A DNA stretch of 64,000 bases. Origin: Acidobacteriota bacterium (lineage in GTDB: Bacteria; Acidobacteriota; UBA6911; RPQK01; JAJDTT01). Shown here piece after piece: positions 1 to 10,561 of this stretch. The position numbers and the translations under genes are program-made. The DNA lies in NCBI GenBank assembly GCA_965219005.1, contig CBDCMS010000003.1, forward strand, positions 706,788 through 770,787. The letters run 5' to 3'. The notes below the pieces were generated by a model. That model was not told the DNA's origin. It saw only the letters and a program-made list of their open reading frames with translations, and did no database searches. How positions within the stretch are numbered: position 1 is the stretch's first letter; each line of letters begins with the position of its first letter.

Positions 1-2
1 TA

Positions 3-1604
3 ATGCTGTCCGGAACCCTGACTTTGACGGAGGCTCGAGGCGGAGGGCAGATGCTCAACACCGAGCAAGGTTCCATCGGAAGCAGTGGTCTTCACTGGAT
101 CGATGGAGTGATCATCGCGCTCTACGCCTTCGGCATGATCGCCTTAGGCTTCTACTACAAGAAGAGACAGAAGAGTACCGAGGAGTACTTCGTGGGCAAC
201 CGGACGATGAACCCGCTGCTCATCGGAGTCTCGATGTTCGTCACCCTTTTCAGCACCATCTCCTTTCTCTCGGTGCCAGGGGAAATGTACGGTAAGGGGC
301 CTGTTCTTGTCTCCCAGACCCTCGCCATACCCTTCTATTACCTGATCGTCGGCTACCTGTTGGTCCCTGCCTACATGCGCTTTCGGGTGATCAGTGCCTA
401 CGAATTATTGGAGCAGACGCGCGGCCTGGGCGTGCGCATGACCGGTGCGGTGATGTTCATCATGCTCAGGTTGACCTGGATGTCCCTGCTCATCTATCTC
501 AGCTCTCAAGCCATGCTCCAGATGCTGAGCCTGGGGCAGGAACAGCTTCCCTACGTCTCACTCGTAATCGGGGTTGTGGCGATCACCTATGCTTCCTTCG
601 GCGGTCTGCGGGCGGTGGTCATCACGGATCTGCTACAGTTCTGTCTGCTGTTCGGCGGAGCCGTGCTGGTAGTCGTTACGGTAACGGTTCGACTCGGCGG
701 ATTCGGTTGGTTTCCAACCGAGTGGAATCCCAACTGGGACACTCAACCGCTTTTCAGCCTGGATCCGAATGTACGCGTTACGGCCTTCGGCACGATCCTG
801 GGCTCGACCCTCTGGTGGCTCTGCACGGCCGGTGGCGATCAGACCGCCGTGCAGCGCTTCATGGCAACCGGGGATGTGAGGGCGGCCCGGCGATCCTTCC
901 TGATGAACTCGGTGGCCAGTGCCATGGTGAGCGTCATTCTTGCACTGGTAGCGTTCTCACTGCTGGGTTACTTCCAGGCTCGCCCGGAGCTCCTGCCGCC
1001 GGGTCTCGGGGCGGATCGCGTGTTTCCTCACTACATCGTGCACCATCTGCCGATTGGGATCTCAGGGCTGGTGGTCTCGGGTCTGTTTGCCGCGGCGATG
1101 TCGAGTGTCGACTCGGGAGTCAACTCCCTCACGGCCGTGGTCATGACTGATTTTTTCGATCGCTTCCGCCAGCGTCCCCTCAGTGAATCGGCCCGCGTCC
1201 GCCTTTCACAGGCTCTGGCGCTTCTGATTGGCCTGATTGTGGTCTTCGTCTGCTCTTTCCTGATCAGGAATGTGCCCGGGAACTTCCTGGAGATGACGAA
1301 CCGAACGCTGCAGCTGTATGTCGGCCCCATTTTCCTGCTGTTCTTTTTGTCGTTGTTCGTCCCCTTCACCACCGGGTCGGGAGTGGTTGCCGGAGCGGTG
1401 TCAGCTCTGCTGGCTGGAGCCTCGGTGGCCTCTTGGAGCTCACTCAACCAGACAATCCAGTCCCTGGGATGGACCCCGCCGTCGGAGTGGACGGGGATCG
1501 CCTATTTCAGCTTCCAGTGGATCTTGCCGGTTTCGCTGCTCGTGGGTACCACGGTCGGATGCCTCGTTAGCCTGCTCACCCTCAACCGCACACGGAAGGC
1601 GTAG
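3..1604 (+). CDS. Sodium:solute symporter family (SSF) transporter; the start lies at or near the window edge
   Basis: 533-aa ORF with a multi-transmembrane hydrophobic profile and an SSF-type GGDQTAVQRFMA motif. About 85% aa identical to the inverted paralog at 7424..9070. Confidence 0.8.
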   Translation: MLSGTLTLTEARGGGQMLNTEQGSIGSSGLHWIDGVIIALYAFGMIALGFYYKKRQKSTEEYFVGNRTMNPLLIGVSMFVTLFSTISFLSVPGEMYGKGPVLVSQTLAIPFYYLIVGYLLVPAYMRFRVISAYELLEQTRGLGVRMTGAVMFIMLRLTWMSLLIYLSSQAMLQMLSLGQEQLPYVSLVIGVVAITYASFGGLRAVVITDLLQFCLLFGGAVLVVVTVTVRLGGFGWFPTEWNPNWDTQPLFSLDPNVRVTAFGTILGSTLWWLCTAGGDQTAVQRFMATGDVRAARRSFLMNSVASAMVSVILALVAFSLLGYFQARPELLPPGLGADRVFPHYIVHHLPIGISGLVVSGLFAAAMSSVDSGVNSLTAVVMTDFFDRFRQRPLSESARVRLSQALALLIGLIVVFVCSFLIRNVPGNFLEMTNRTLQLYVGPIFLLFFLSLFVPFTTGSGVVAGAVSALLAGASVASWSSLNQTIQSLGWTPPSEWTGIAYFSFQWILPVSLLVGTTVGCLVSLLTLNRTRKA

Positions 1605-2369
1605 GGCTCGGCATCCGCAATACCGATGTCTGGCCAACGAGTGTGAGCGAGGGGTTGGGGTGCAACGAGATGCGTGGGCAAAGGGGCTCGAAGCTCTGGG
1701 AAGCAGCGAACTCGGGACGATTCGTGGTGTTCCCCAGCCCCTCGCTTGCGCTTCAGGCTTCCATGAATCGGCAATGCCTGAAGAAGCGGACATTCAAATC
1801 TTCCCCGGAAACGTTGAACGAACTACCCCAAACGGCCAATTGCAGACTGTAAACTGGGCCTTCGAAGCCTTGATCGTGGACGACATAGCTCCGTGACCCC
1901 TTCACTACCTTACCTTTGGCGGGCAGTGGATCAGGACAACCACCTGACAAAGCCATTGGCCCGGCCCGTCGCCACCCGAAGGGCAGATGGGGGTTGTGGA
2001 CGATCTCTGCGTTCGTCGTCTTCGAAAGATGGCTAACGCGAACGCTCGTCGTTCAACGGGTCCGGTAAGGAGAGCCAGAGGTCGTGATTCTGTTTGAACC
2101 TCGTAGATTCGTCCCGCCAAGCGTTTCCGGTAGAGCATGCCCCGCGCTGGCACCTACCGGTCTCGTCATCCCGAGCACACCGCCTTCTACCAGTGTCTGG
2201 AAGACTACTGGGAAGAATTCCAGGAGGCTTATCCCTAGTGCCGAACAGACACTCGCAGCGTCCCCGGGCCTGCGGTGAGTGGGCCACGATCAACTCCACC
2301 CCCAGCATGCTAGCGACAACGGTGAGTCCCGAGGTTGACGGGGGCTCAGCCGCTGGCTAGAGTTCGGAA

Positions 2370-3611
2370 ATGATTTACAGGAGCCTGTTTCTAGCCTCCG
2401 TGTGTGCCCTTCTCGTGCTCCCATCCCACGCCAAGGAAAAGGTCATGATCCTGAGTTGGGGTGATGTCATTTGGCAGCACCGAGGAGAGGGAAGCGCCCA
2501 GCTGGACACTCCGCAGAAGGTCCGCGAGGCTGCCCTGATCTGGAAGTCCCGAGGAGTCACCAAGGTCTTGTTCCGGGTCGATGACTTTCGCATCGTCCTC
2601 TTCCACGAGACCAAGCCCGCTTACAACAACCGCTACGCCCAGGAATGGTCGAAGGTCTCAAAGCGAGCCTGGGATGAGGGACTGCTGAAGGTCGCCGTCG
2701 AGGCGATTCACCAGCAGGGCATGAAAGTCGACATGTGGATCACCATCTTCGACGAGGGATGTCCTCACGAGGTCCTCTATGGGGACAACCACTTCTTTTC
2801 CTGGCAGTCCCGTTTTACTCGGGACAACCCTCAATACCTCTCCTGCGATCGATCCCTCACTCCGAACCAGCGGCAGTACCATTGGGGTGTACTGGAGTGG
2901 GCCTATCCCGAGGTGAGGCGCTACATGCTGGACGTGATCCGTGCCTTTTCCGACCCTTTTGATTTCGATGGGGTCTTCCTGAGCGTCCGTTCCCATGCCC
3001 CTCCGGCAGAGCATGCCGACCAGTTCGGGTTCAATCGACCGGTAGTAGAGGAGTTTCAGCGGAGATATGGAAGGAACATCCTTCAGACCAGTTTCGATCT
3101 CGAGAAGTGGAGAGACCTCAGAGGCGAGTATTTCAGCAGCTTTCTGAGCGAGGTCAAGAAGCACGTTCAGAGCAAGGGACAGACCCTTTCCATCGGCGTG
3201 GCCCAGGGAGACTATATCGGTCCTCCCTTCGGCAATATGAAGCTGCAGTGGCGGTACTGGGTTTCCGAAGGGATCATCGACGGCCTGGTCATCGGTCACA
3301 TCACGAATGAAAGAGCCCGCTATCCCAGGCGTGCCCAAAGAGCGATGGGCTACATCCACAATCAGGAAGAAGGGGTAGGACTTCCACCGATTGAAGAGGC
3401 CGTGCGGGACGACTATGGACCTCTCTGCCAGCGGTATGGAGTTGGTCTCTATCTAGAGCCCCGCAACTTCAATCTCAGCTTCGCCCACCCCAGCTATGGC
3501 AAAGGCTCGCAGGATGCCGAGGTGCGAGAGAAGCTTATCCAGGCATTCGAGAAATCCCGCAGCGTCACAGGTATCCTGTACAGCTATCGACGGGTGATGG
3601 AGAACCCTTGA
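2370..3611 (+). CDS. Secreted glycoside-hydrolase-like family 10 (GHL10/YngK-like TIM-barrel) protein
   Basis: N-terminal signal peptide MIYRSLFLASVCALLVLPSHA. The motif YPEVRRYMLDVIRAFSDPFDFDGVFL resembles the GHL10 PEVRxYxxDVxxExxxxYDxDGxxxD signature. Exact duplicate at 17718..18959. Confidence 0.55.
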   Translation: MIYRSLFLASVCALLVLPSHAKEKVMILSWGDVIWQHRGEGSAQLDTPQKVREAALIWKSRGVTKVLFRVDDFRIVLFHETKPAYNNRYAQEWSKVSKRAWDEGLLKVAVEAIHQQGMKVDMWITIFDEGCPHEVLYGDNHFFSWQSRFTRDNPQYLSCDRSLTPNQRQYHWGVLEWAYPEVRRYMLDVIRAFSDPFDFDGVFLSVRSHAPPAEHADQFGFNRPVVEEFQRRYGRNILQTSFDLEKWRDLRGEYFSSFLSEVKKHVQSKGQTLSIGVAQGDYIGPPFGNMKLQWRYWVSEGIIDGLVIGHITNERARYPRRAQRAMGYIHNQEEGVGLPPIEEAVRDDYGPLCQRYGVGLYLEPRNFNLSFAHPSYGKGSQDAEVREKLIQAFEKSRSVTGILYSYRRVMENP

Positions 3612-3830
3612 ACGGCTTGCAATCCCATCGCGCTTGTCTGCGGGTAGACTCCCCCAAAAGCTTTTCTACCAACTAGTGCAGCAGCCCGTCGCCATGGACC
3701 GGATACTGTTGGAAATCTACGCTGCTGAGGGATCGAAAACGCCGACCATAGCCAAGGTTGGGTTCTGGGTTTTCCTGGCGAAAGGTTTGGAGTATGAAGA
3801 GCTGAGCTGGTCCCGAGCAACCAATGTGAC

Positions 3831-6020
3831 ATGGGGCAGTTCGCGAGTTCAGCCACGGGCCTCCCCTTACTGGCGAGAGGCTCTGCATCAGACGGGGGAC
3901 CATTGCTAGGGCCGCAGTCGAGAGTATCCAGCAAGCGATGCACGATTGGAGTGTGGTCGTTTGCCTTAGTTGGCAAGAAATTGAACCACGCGGAGGTGCG
4001 CTCGGCGATCAAAGAACTGGCTGAAACGGGAACGGACCTGATCTCACTGCAAGTTTATGAAGCCTACCTTGGAAAACTATGTTACCGATCACGACGGTAC
4101 CCTGACTTTGTTCTGGTCGAGCAAGCCGATACAACGCGCGCAATGTATGAAGCGTGTGTCGAAAATGGGATTCGAATCTGGCTACACTGTGACGAACGAG
4201 CCGCGCCGTACGGTAGCGCACTCCAAAAACATTTTGCAGATTGCTCGGAGCGAAACGCCCAAGGAGAATTGTGCCCCATGTGGGACGGCGTTTTGTTCTG
4301 TCTTCACTCGCGATATCGAAATTTCCTGAAGGACGTATACCAAGAGGCATTGGAGCTATTCCCTGAAGTTGAGGGCGTGGTAGTCGTTGATGAAGGTGGC
4401 TTCGTAGTCGGAAATGAAGGCTACTGTACACGCTGCCTCACGAAATTTCGTCAGAAATATGGCCTCGATCCACCTTTAGACCCTGACTGGCTCGACCTTG
4501 AAGGCCGGTGGTGGCAGTTCATCCGCGAACGCCTGGCCTGGTGGACCGAGTACGTCGACTTTCTCGCCAAGGCGTGTAAGGAGGTCAGACCAGATGTTCA
4601 TACGGCCGTCATGCTTAATCCTCACGGGCTTGAACAGCCTTCCCTGGCCGGCGTGGATTGGTGGGAGATCGCAAGACTCAACTCGGTCGACTCGATTGGA
4701 ACAGCCTTTCATTTCCGGCATGAGCATCATCCGGTGGCTGTCGCCAGAGCTGCAGCCTTCGTCACACAAATAGCCCGACGGGCGGGAAAGTCTGCGTTCC
4801 TGAAGTTGGCTGCTCACCGCGAAATATCACATAAGGATCTCCTATTTAGCGCCTACCACTCGGCTGCTGGTGGGGTGGATACGATCTTGTTTGTCAATCT
4901 TGAGACGCTGGTATCTGCCCCCGGCACCCAGATAGCCCTCGGGACTATTTGTACCAGGATTAGGGACGTACGGTTACACTCTTGTGAGCAGTCCCCGGCT
5001 TCCTACGCGGGCTTGTGGTTCTCGCAATCAGAGTTTTACACGTATTGGGGCGATCTAGCCACAGGCTACAATGCGGAGCATATGGGCCTGTTTCAAGCCG
5101 CGGCCTTAAATTCTCTACCTGTTCAGTTTGTTTTTGACGAAGACTTGGAACGAAGCTTGTCGCAAGATCTACGCGTCCTCGTGTTCGTAGTTCCAACCGA
5201 AATCACTTCCACTCAAGTTCAAATGCTCCAACGATTCGTTAGCGCGGGCCACGGTATCGTCGGCGTGGCAGTCAACATGAACTCTCCTTCAGCAAGCGTG
5301 CGTCGCCTTCTAACAGACTTGTTTCGCTGTCGCTATCAAGGACTCACGGGACCCATCACCTGCATAAGGTATCCGGACCACTCCAAGATGTTCACAACAG
5401 AACTACCGACTGACGACCTCCCAGTGTACCAATCGCCCACCAAAGGAGGAGCGTTCAATTACTTTTCTGGGAGAGGGACGCTTCGGCAGGGGTACAAACG
5501 GCCGGCTCTCGTTCTGTTGCCGGGATCCCGACCAGTAGCGTCGCTGGTGGATGATGACGGAGTGACCTGGCCCGGCGTGGTCGTGGCACATCATGGAAAA
5601 GGAAGGGTTGTCCTACTCGCTGAACCGTTGGGCACTATGGTGAGCAACCTCGCTGAGCACGCGACGGGGCTGGACTCGCATTGGTTACGATGGGGAAAGG
5701 AAGCAGGTCGCGTTCTGGCTGATTGTTTTAGCTGGGCGGCTGCCACTCCTCCTCCAATTACGGTTTCCTCTCTCAGAGGTAATATTTCTTCTCACATGTC
5801 GCGACAAGATGGAGCCATTCGAGTGAGGATGGTGAACAACGACTATTTCCAAGCGGACAGGGTGACGGTAAAAGCTTCTCTGCAGTATTACTCAGATAAG
5901 AAACCTACTGCCCTGGGTTTCGATAGCGTGAATGTTACCAAGGACAACGGGCACATCACACTGGAAGGTTGGATAAGCCCGGCTGATGCCGTGACCGTTG
6001 AATTTTCTGAACCGCTATAG
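3831..6020 (+). CDS. GH42-like beta-galactosidase family protein; the N-terminus is uncertain and may begin at a downstream GTG
   Basis: The Cys cluster VGNEGYCTRCLTKFRQKYG matches the GH42 NEyg-C-x-C-x-x-C Zn-site pattern, and the catalytic region is TIM-barrel-like. No signal peptide. Exact duplicate at 19179..21368. Confidence 0.5.
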   Translation: MGQFASSATGLPLLARGSASDGGPLLGPQSRVSSKRCTIGVWSFALVGKKLNHAEVRSAIKELAETGTDLISLQVYEAYLGKLCYRSRRYPDFVLVEQADTTRAMYEACVENGIRIWLHCDERAAPYGSALQKHFADCSERNAQGELCPMWDGVLFCLHSRYRNFLKDVYQEALELFPEVEGVVVVDEGGFVVGNEGYCTRCLTKFRQKYGLDPPLDPDWLDLEGRWWQFIRERLAWWTEYVDFLAKACKEVRPDVHTAVMLNPHGLEQPSLAGVDWWEIARLNSVDSIGTAFHFRHEHHPVAVARAAAFVTQIARRAGKSAFLKLAAHREISHKDLLFSAYHSAAGGVDTILFVNLETLVSAPGTQIALGTICTRIRDVRLHSCEQSPASYAGLWFSQSEFYTYWGDLATGYNAEHMGLFQAAALNSLPVQFVFDEDLERSLSQDLRVLVFVVPTEITSTQVQMLQRFVSAGHGIVGVAVNMNSPSASVRRLLTDLFRCRYQGLTGPITCIRYPDHSKMFTTELPTDDLPVYQSPTKGGAFNYFSGRGTLRQGYKRPALVLLPGSRPVASLVDDDGVTWPGVVVAHHGKGRVVLLAEPLGTMVSNLAEHATGLDSHWLRWGKEAGRVLADCFSWAAATPPPITVSSLRGNISSHMSRQDGAIRVRMVNNDYFQADRVTVKASLQYYSDKKPTALGFDSVNVTKDNGHITLEGWISPADAVTVEFSEPL

Positions 6021-6024
6021 GGCG

Positions 6025-7191
6025 TCACTTCCCATCGGGCCGGATGAAATACACGTACTCGTTGGTGTCACGTCCCTTGTAAACGATGCTGTAGACGGTC
6101 ATCAACTCGTTGGGAACGTCGTCGTCGTACTTGTTGATGATGCAGTTCTGACTGTACCCGTCAGGGTGTCCGATATCACCGCTAACGATGATCCCACTGT
6201 CCCACTTGATACCGTCGTCGGACTGGTAGAGAACAAAGCGGCGGCTGCCTTCTCCAACCTGGCCCGACCTTCCCTGTAGGTAGTACTTCCCACTGAGATA
6301 GGCAAGTTCGGGATCGCGAATCATCTTGTCCATATAGGCACGCCTCTGTTCGCTCCAGGTGCGGCCCTCATCCTGACTGATGCAATAGTAGAAATGGTGC
6401 TCGTCCTTCTCCGTGTAGGCACCGGCCAGCAGGCGCCCATCCGCCATGAAAATCATGGTGCCGTACCATTTGTCGTCGTCCAGCGTCAGCGTGCTCCTCT
6501 TGTGCCAGCTGCGCCCGTCATCCTTGCTGACGTACAGCACATGGGGATGACCTGCGCCCTTGCCCCTGTCGATCATGACATAGTTGGTCTCGCCCACCAC
6601 TGCCGTGGAACAGGGGGAGCCGACGAAATTACCGTCCATGGTCTCGTAATCCGTCCAGGTGGCGCCATCGTCGTAGCTTCTGATGACGCCGAGCTTGGTT
6701 CTGGTTTCCTCTCGTCGTCCAATCTTGAAGTGGCTCAGGAACAGTACGACGGTACCCTTCTCCGTGACCAGGCCCTCTTGCACCCAAACCGTGTTTTGCT
6801 GATCTCTTGCATACGCCTCAAAGGAGTATGGGAGCTTGTTGTACTTGTCCCAGGTCCTGCCGCGATCCTTGCTTACAGCATACTCGCTCCAACCATCCAG
6901 ATTGTGGTCGCTGGTGTTGGCATAGAAGGCCACGATGTTGCCGTTCGCGTACTCCATGCACACCGGGCCACCGTGGGAGCACCGGCCGGGAGCATCGTTC
7001 TCGAAATCGGCAATTATGGTTCCGAAGATGTCATCTCCGAGCTTGGTCGAAGGGTCGTAGTCGTAGATCACGGCACCATCAATGGGTTCGTATTGGGTAG
7101 TCTCGCCCTCAGACCCGGGATTCTGAGCGATCGCTACCAAGGAACAGCCCAGCAGGAACAGGAAAGCGATCATCGTACCTCTTTGTTTCAT
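6025..7191 (-). CDS. Secreted BNR/Asp-box repeat exo-alpha-sialidase-like protein
   Basis: Signal peptide MKQRGTMIAFLFLLGCSLVAIA. Five Asp-boxes: SKDRGRTW, SYDDGATW, SKDDGRSW, SQDEGRTW and SDDGIKW. A SD-like aaaggagaaaga precedes the ATG. Confidence 0.8.
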   Translation of the reverse strand: MKQRGTMIAFLFLLGCSLVAIAQNPGSEGETTQYEPIDGAVIYDYDPSTKLGDDIFGTIIADFENDAPGRCSHGGPVCMEYANGNIVAFYANTSDHNLDGWSEYAVSKDRGRTWDKYNKLPYSFEAYARDQQNTVWVQEGLVTEKGTVVLFLSHFKIGRREETRTKLGVIRSYDDGATWTDYETMDGNFVGSPCSTAVVGETNYVMIDRGKGAGHPHVLYVSKDDGRSWHKRSTLTLDDDKWYGTMIFMADGRLLAGAYTEKDEHHFYYCISQDEGRTWSEQRRAYMDKMIRDPELAYLSGKYYLQGRSGQVGEGSRRFVLYQSDDGIKWDSGIIVSGDIGHPDGYSQNCIINKYDDDVPNELMTVYSIVYKGRDTNEYVYFIRPDGK

Positions 7192-7423
7192 TGCCTTCTT
7201 TCTCCTTTCATCTCACATAGTTTACAGCCACCACGCTATCTCCACAGCAGGTTTCGACTGTGACGGGAGGGGATAGGATTGCTTTTCTGGGGGTCGGGTA
7301 TGGGTAGTGAATTCGCTGGGACTGGGGGTGAAGAAAAGAAGAAAAGGATCCGGGACGGGCGAGTTCCTGGCATCGCTCTCGCCCCAGCAGGCTCAAACAC
7401 CCGGCTCGCGACAAGCGAATCGC

Positions 7424-9070
7424 CTAGGCCTGAGACTCTGGCTTGCGGCCTGGGAACAGGAGACTAACCACGCACCCGACCGTGACGCCGACGATCAGCG
7501 CAACCGGTAGGATCCACTGGAAGCTGAAATAGGCGATCCCGGTCCACTCTGACGGCGGGGTCCATCCCAGGGACTCGATTGTCTTGTTGAGCGGGCCCCA
7601 GGAGGAGACCGCGGCCCCAGCCAGCAGAGCCGATGCCGCACCGGCTATCACTCCCCAGGCCGTGCTGAAGGGCACGAACAACGACAGAAAGAAGAGGAGA
7701 AAAAGCGGACCGACGTAAAGCTGTAGCGTTCGCTGCGTCATCTCCAGGAAGTTCCCGGGCACACTCCCGATCAAGAAGGAGCACGAAAAGACAACGATCA
7801 TACCGATCAGGAGAGCCAAGCCCTGTGAGAGCCTGACGCGGGCCGCTTCACTGAGCGGCTGACGGCGGAAGCGATCGAAGAAATCGGTCATGATCACGGC
7901 CGTGAGCGAGTTGACTCCCGAGTCGACACTCGACATCGCAGCCGCAAACAGGCCTGAGACCACCAACCCTGAGATCCCGATCGGCAAATGGTGAACGATG
8001 TAGTGTGGAAACACCCGGTCGGCCCCGACGCCCGCGGGCAGAAGATCCGGGCGAGCCTCGAAGTAGCCCAGCAGCGAGAAGGCCACCAGCACAAGAATCA
8101 CGGTCACCATCGCGCTGGCGACCGAGTTCATCAGGAACGATCTTTGGGCAGACCGCACGTCGACGGTTGACATGAAACGCTGCACGGCAGTCTGATCACC
8201 TCCCGCGGTACAGAGCCACCAGAGCGTTGAACCCATGACCGTACCGAAGACGGTCACCCGCACGTTGGGATCCAGGCTGAAGAGCGGTTGGGTGTCCCAG
8301 TTGGCATTCCACTCGGTCGGAATCCAGCCGAATCCCCCCAGGCGGACCGTGACCGTGATGACCACGAGCGCGGCTCCGCCGAACAGCAGACAGAACTGCA
8401 GCAGATCCGTGATGACCACGGCCCGCAGGCCCCCGAAGGAAGCATACGTGATCGCCACGATCCCGATCGCCAGCGAGACGTAGGGAAGCTTGTTCTGATC
8501 CAGGTTCAGCATCTGGAGCATGGCCTGTGAGCTCAGATAGATGAGCAGTGACATCCAGGTCAACCTGAGAAAGATGAACATCACAGCACCAGTCATCCGC
8601 ACACCCAAACCGCGCTTCTGCTCCAGCAGCTCATAGGCACTGATCACCCGAAAACGCATGTAGGCGGGCACCACCAGGTAACCGACAATCAGGTAGTAGA
8701 GGGGTATGGCGAGGATTTGGGAGAGGAAAGCCGGCCCCTTCCCGTAGATCTCCCCTGGAACGGAGAGAAAGGAGATGGTGCTGAACAGGGTGACGAACAT
8801 CGAAACCCCAATCAGCTGCGGATTCATGGTTCGGTTGCCAACGAAGTACTCTTCAGTACTCTTCTGTCTCTTGCTGTAGTAGAACCCCAGGGCGATCATG
8901 CCGAAGGCATAGAGCGCAACGATGAGTCCGTCGACCCAGTGAAGACCACTGCTCTCCAGAGAACCCTGCATCTGTTCTCCACCCCACGCCTCGGTCAGCG
9001 TGCCCCAGAGCACGCCACCCAGGAACAACATCGGATTAGGCGCTTTCCTGATGCGTCTGCTGTTATTCAT
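7424..9070 (-). CDS. Sodium:solute symporter family transporter, inverted paralog of 3..1604
   Basis: 548-aa multi-TM protein, near-colinear with the ORF at 3..1604. An alternative start at Met14 (MLFLGG) is possible. Confidence 0.8.
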   Translation of the reverse strand: MNNSRRIRKAPNPMLFLGGVLWGTLTEAWGGEQMQGSLESSGLHWVDGLIVALYAFGMIALGFYYSKRQKSTEEYFVGNRTMNPQLIGVSMFVTLFSTISFLSVPGEIYGKGPAFLSQILAIPLYYLIVGYLVVPAYMRFRVISAYELLEQKRGLGVRMTGAVMFIFLRLTWMSLLIYLSSQAMLQMLNLDQNKLPYVSLAIGIVAITYASFGGLRAVVITDLLQFCLLFGGAALVVITVTVRLGGFGWIPTEWNANWDTQPLFSLDPNVRVTVFGTVMGSTLWWLCTAGGDQTAVQRFMSTVDVRSAQRSFLMNSVASAMVTVILVLVAFSLLGYFEARPDLLPAGVGADRVFPHYIVHHLPIGISGLVVSGLFAAAMSSVDSGVNSLTAVIMTDFFDRFRRQPLSEAARVRLSQGLALLIGMIVVFSCSFLIGSVPGNFLEMTQRTLQLYVGPLFLLFFLSLFVPFSTAWGVIAGAASALLAGAAVSSWGPLNKTIESLGWTPPSEWTGIAYFSFQWILPVALIVGVTVGCVVSLLFPGRKPESQA

Positions 9071-9268
9071 TGGTCAACCGATTCACATGGAGGTCTATTC
9101 ACGCACCCCACCGGGGCCTCGTCTGCCTAAGGAACCTCGGAATCCTCTCAATGCAAAAGGTTCTGGTCAAGTCCGCTTCAACCGTCATTGAGTTCCAAGC
9201 AGGAAGTCACCACGCCCGTTAGAGGTATGGACCTGATGCGCCGACCTGTACTTCTGGACCCGAGAACG

Positions 9269-10396
9269 TCATGTGATTTGCAATCGCGCAAAGCGAATGT
9301 GCGTCACCGCCGCTTCTGTACACCAGAATGTGCAGTAGACGTCGCCGTTTTCCAGGACCGTGGCCGTTGGAGCGCCGTAGGAGATCGTGTCGTGGGAGCG
9401 CGGATACCGGTCTAGGGCGTGGATCCCGATCTTCTCGCGGCCTGTGGCGTCCCACACCAGGATCTGGTTATCAAGGTCCCACGTGTTGCCGCCGTCTTCG
9501 GATACGGCGGCGAAGAACCCGGGCGGGTCGGTTTCGCGTACTGTGTAGATCACCGCCATTCTACCCTCCCCCAGGTCGACCGGGCAGTTCGTCTGGCCGG
9601 GAATGTTCGTGGCTACCGGTGTGCTCCACTCGCGTCCGTCAGCGCTGCCGATGCAGTAATGGTGCGGCAGGGCCCCGTCGCTTTCCATCTGGGCAGACCA
9701 GAACAGCGTAAATAGCCTGTTGTCGCGCATCCGATGGATGCGCCCATGCCAATGCCCAACGCCCGGCGTATTGCTGACACCGAACGTTACGGCATGGCCC
9801 CACGTCTTGCCTTTGTCGGAAGAAAAGAGCCCCACGGTTCGTGGCTTGTACGGCCCGGGTTCGTCATACGCGTGCCACTGATCCATCGACATCATCCATC
9901 GTCCGTCAGCCAGCACCAAGATCTTGCAGCTTGGGGTTAGGACCTGGTTATCGGACGTGTGGACGATCTCAGGACCCACCCAGGTGGCGCCGTTGTCCGT
10001 CGAGCGAAACAAAAGCGTTTGCCCCGGTAAGAGGCCTCCGGTTTTCTCATTAAACAGCGGCTTGTCCGGATCGCTGCGGTCCCAGCGGTGTGCCAGGATT
10101 GTCATCGACCCGTCTTCGTAACGCGTGACCATCGGCCCGTGGTAGGAATACGGCCGGTCGTCTCCGGCCGGATCGTGGATCCGGCCTTCGGTCGTCCACG
10201 TGTTGCCGCCGTCGGTTGATCGCGTACCGAGGATCACCGAATCGGTGGCGTAAAGGGCCTGACCACACTGAAACGAACCATAAAGCTCCTGCGACGAAAT
10301 CTGCACGGCATCGCTGTGGCACGCAAAGGTGTACTGGTAGCCCGGGTTCGGGTTGATGTAGACCACACCGGTGTCGACAATTTTGATCTGTGGCAT
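9269..10396 (-). CDS. BNR/Asp-box repeat (sialidase-like) protein with no obvious signal peptide
   Basis: Asp-boxes STDGGNTW, STDNGATW, SSDKGKTW, SADGREW and SEDGGNTW. Confidence 0.75.
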   Translation of the reverse strand: MPQIKIVDTGVVYINPNPGYQYTFACHSDAVQISSQELYGSFQCGQALYATDSVILGTRSTDGGNTWTTEGRIHDPAGDDRPYSYHGPMVTRYEDGSMTILAHRWDRSDPDKPLFNEKTGGLLPGQTLLFRSTDNGATWVGPEIVHTSDNQVLTPSCKILVLADGRWMMSMDQWHAYDEPGPYKPRTVGLFSSDKGKTWGHAVTFGVSNTPGVGHWHGRIHRMRDNRLFTLFWSAQMESDGALPHHYCIGSADGREWSTPVATNIPGQTNCPVDLGEGRMAVIYTVRETDPPGFFAAVSEDGGNTWDLDNQILVWDATGREKIGIHALDRYPRSHDTISYGAPTATVLENGDVYCTFWCTEAAVTHIRFARLQIT

Positions 10397-10561
10397 GCAG
10401 AAGTCTCCGTGAATCGAAGCTCAATCCTTCCCCCTGAGATTGCTCTTCCAGACCCAACAAACGGTAGCCGCGCAAACCGTCTCGACTGAAGACCGAGTGG
10501 GTGGAGGAATTGTCAGGACACTCCGTGACGGTCCATTCGCTCGCGCTCGGCCGTGTAAGAA

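Larger units (their letters stand above)
1819..6024. repeat. Segmental duplication copy 1 (direct repeat of 17510..21372); carries a 343-bp extra segment at about 1928..2270 that copy 2 lacks
   Basis: Aligned by eye. The 413-aa and 729-aa ORFs are identical in both copies apart from one codon (FSEPL versus FSGPL). The few differences cluster at the left junction. Confidence 0.9.

Noticed and set aside
2084-2360. Small ORFs (64–91 aa) inside the 343-bp copy-specific segment
   Set aside because: They are short, overlap on both strands, have no homology or RBS, and lie in a region that is probably non-coding upstream of the GHL10-like gene.
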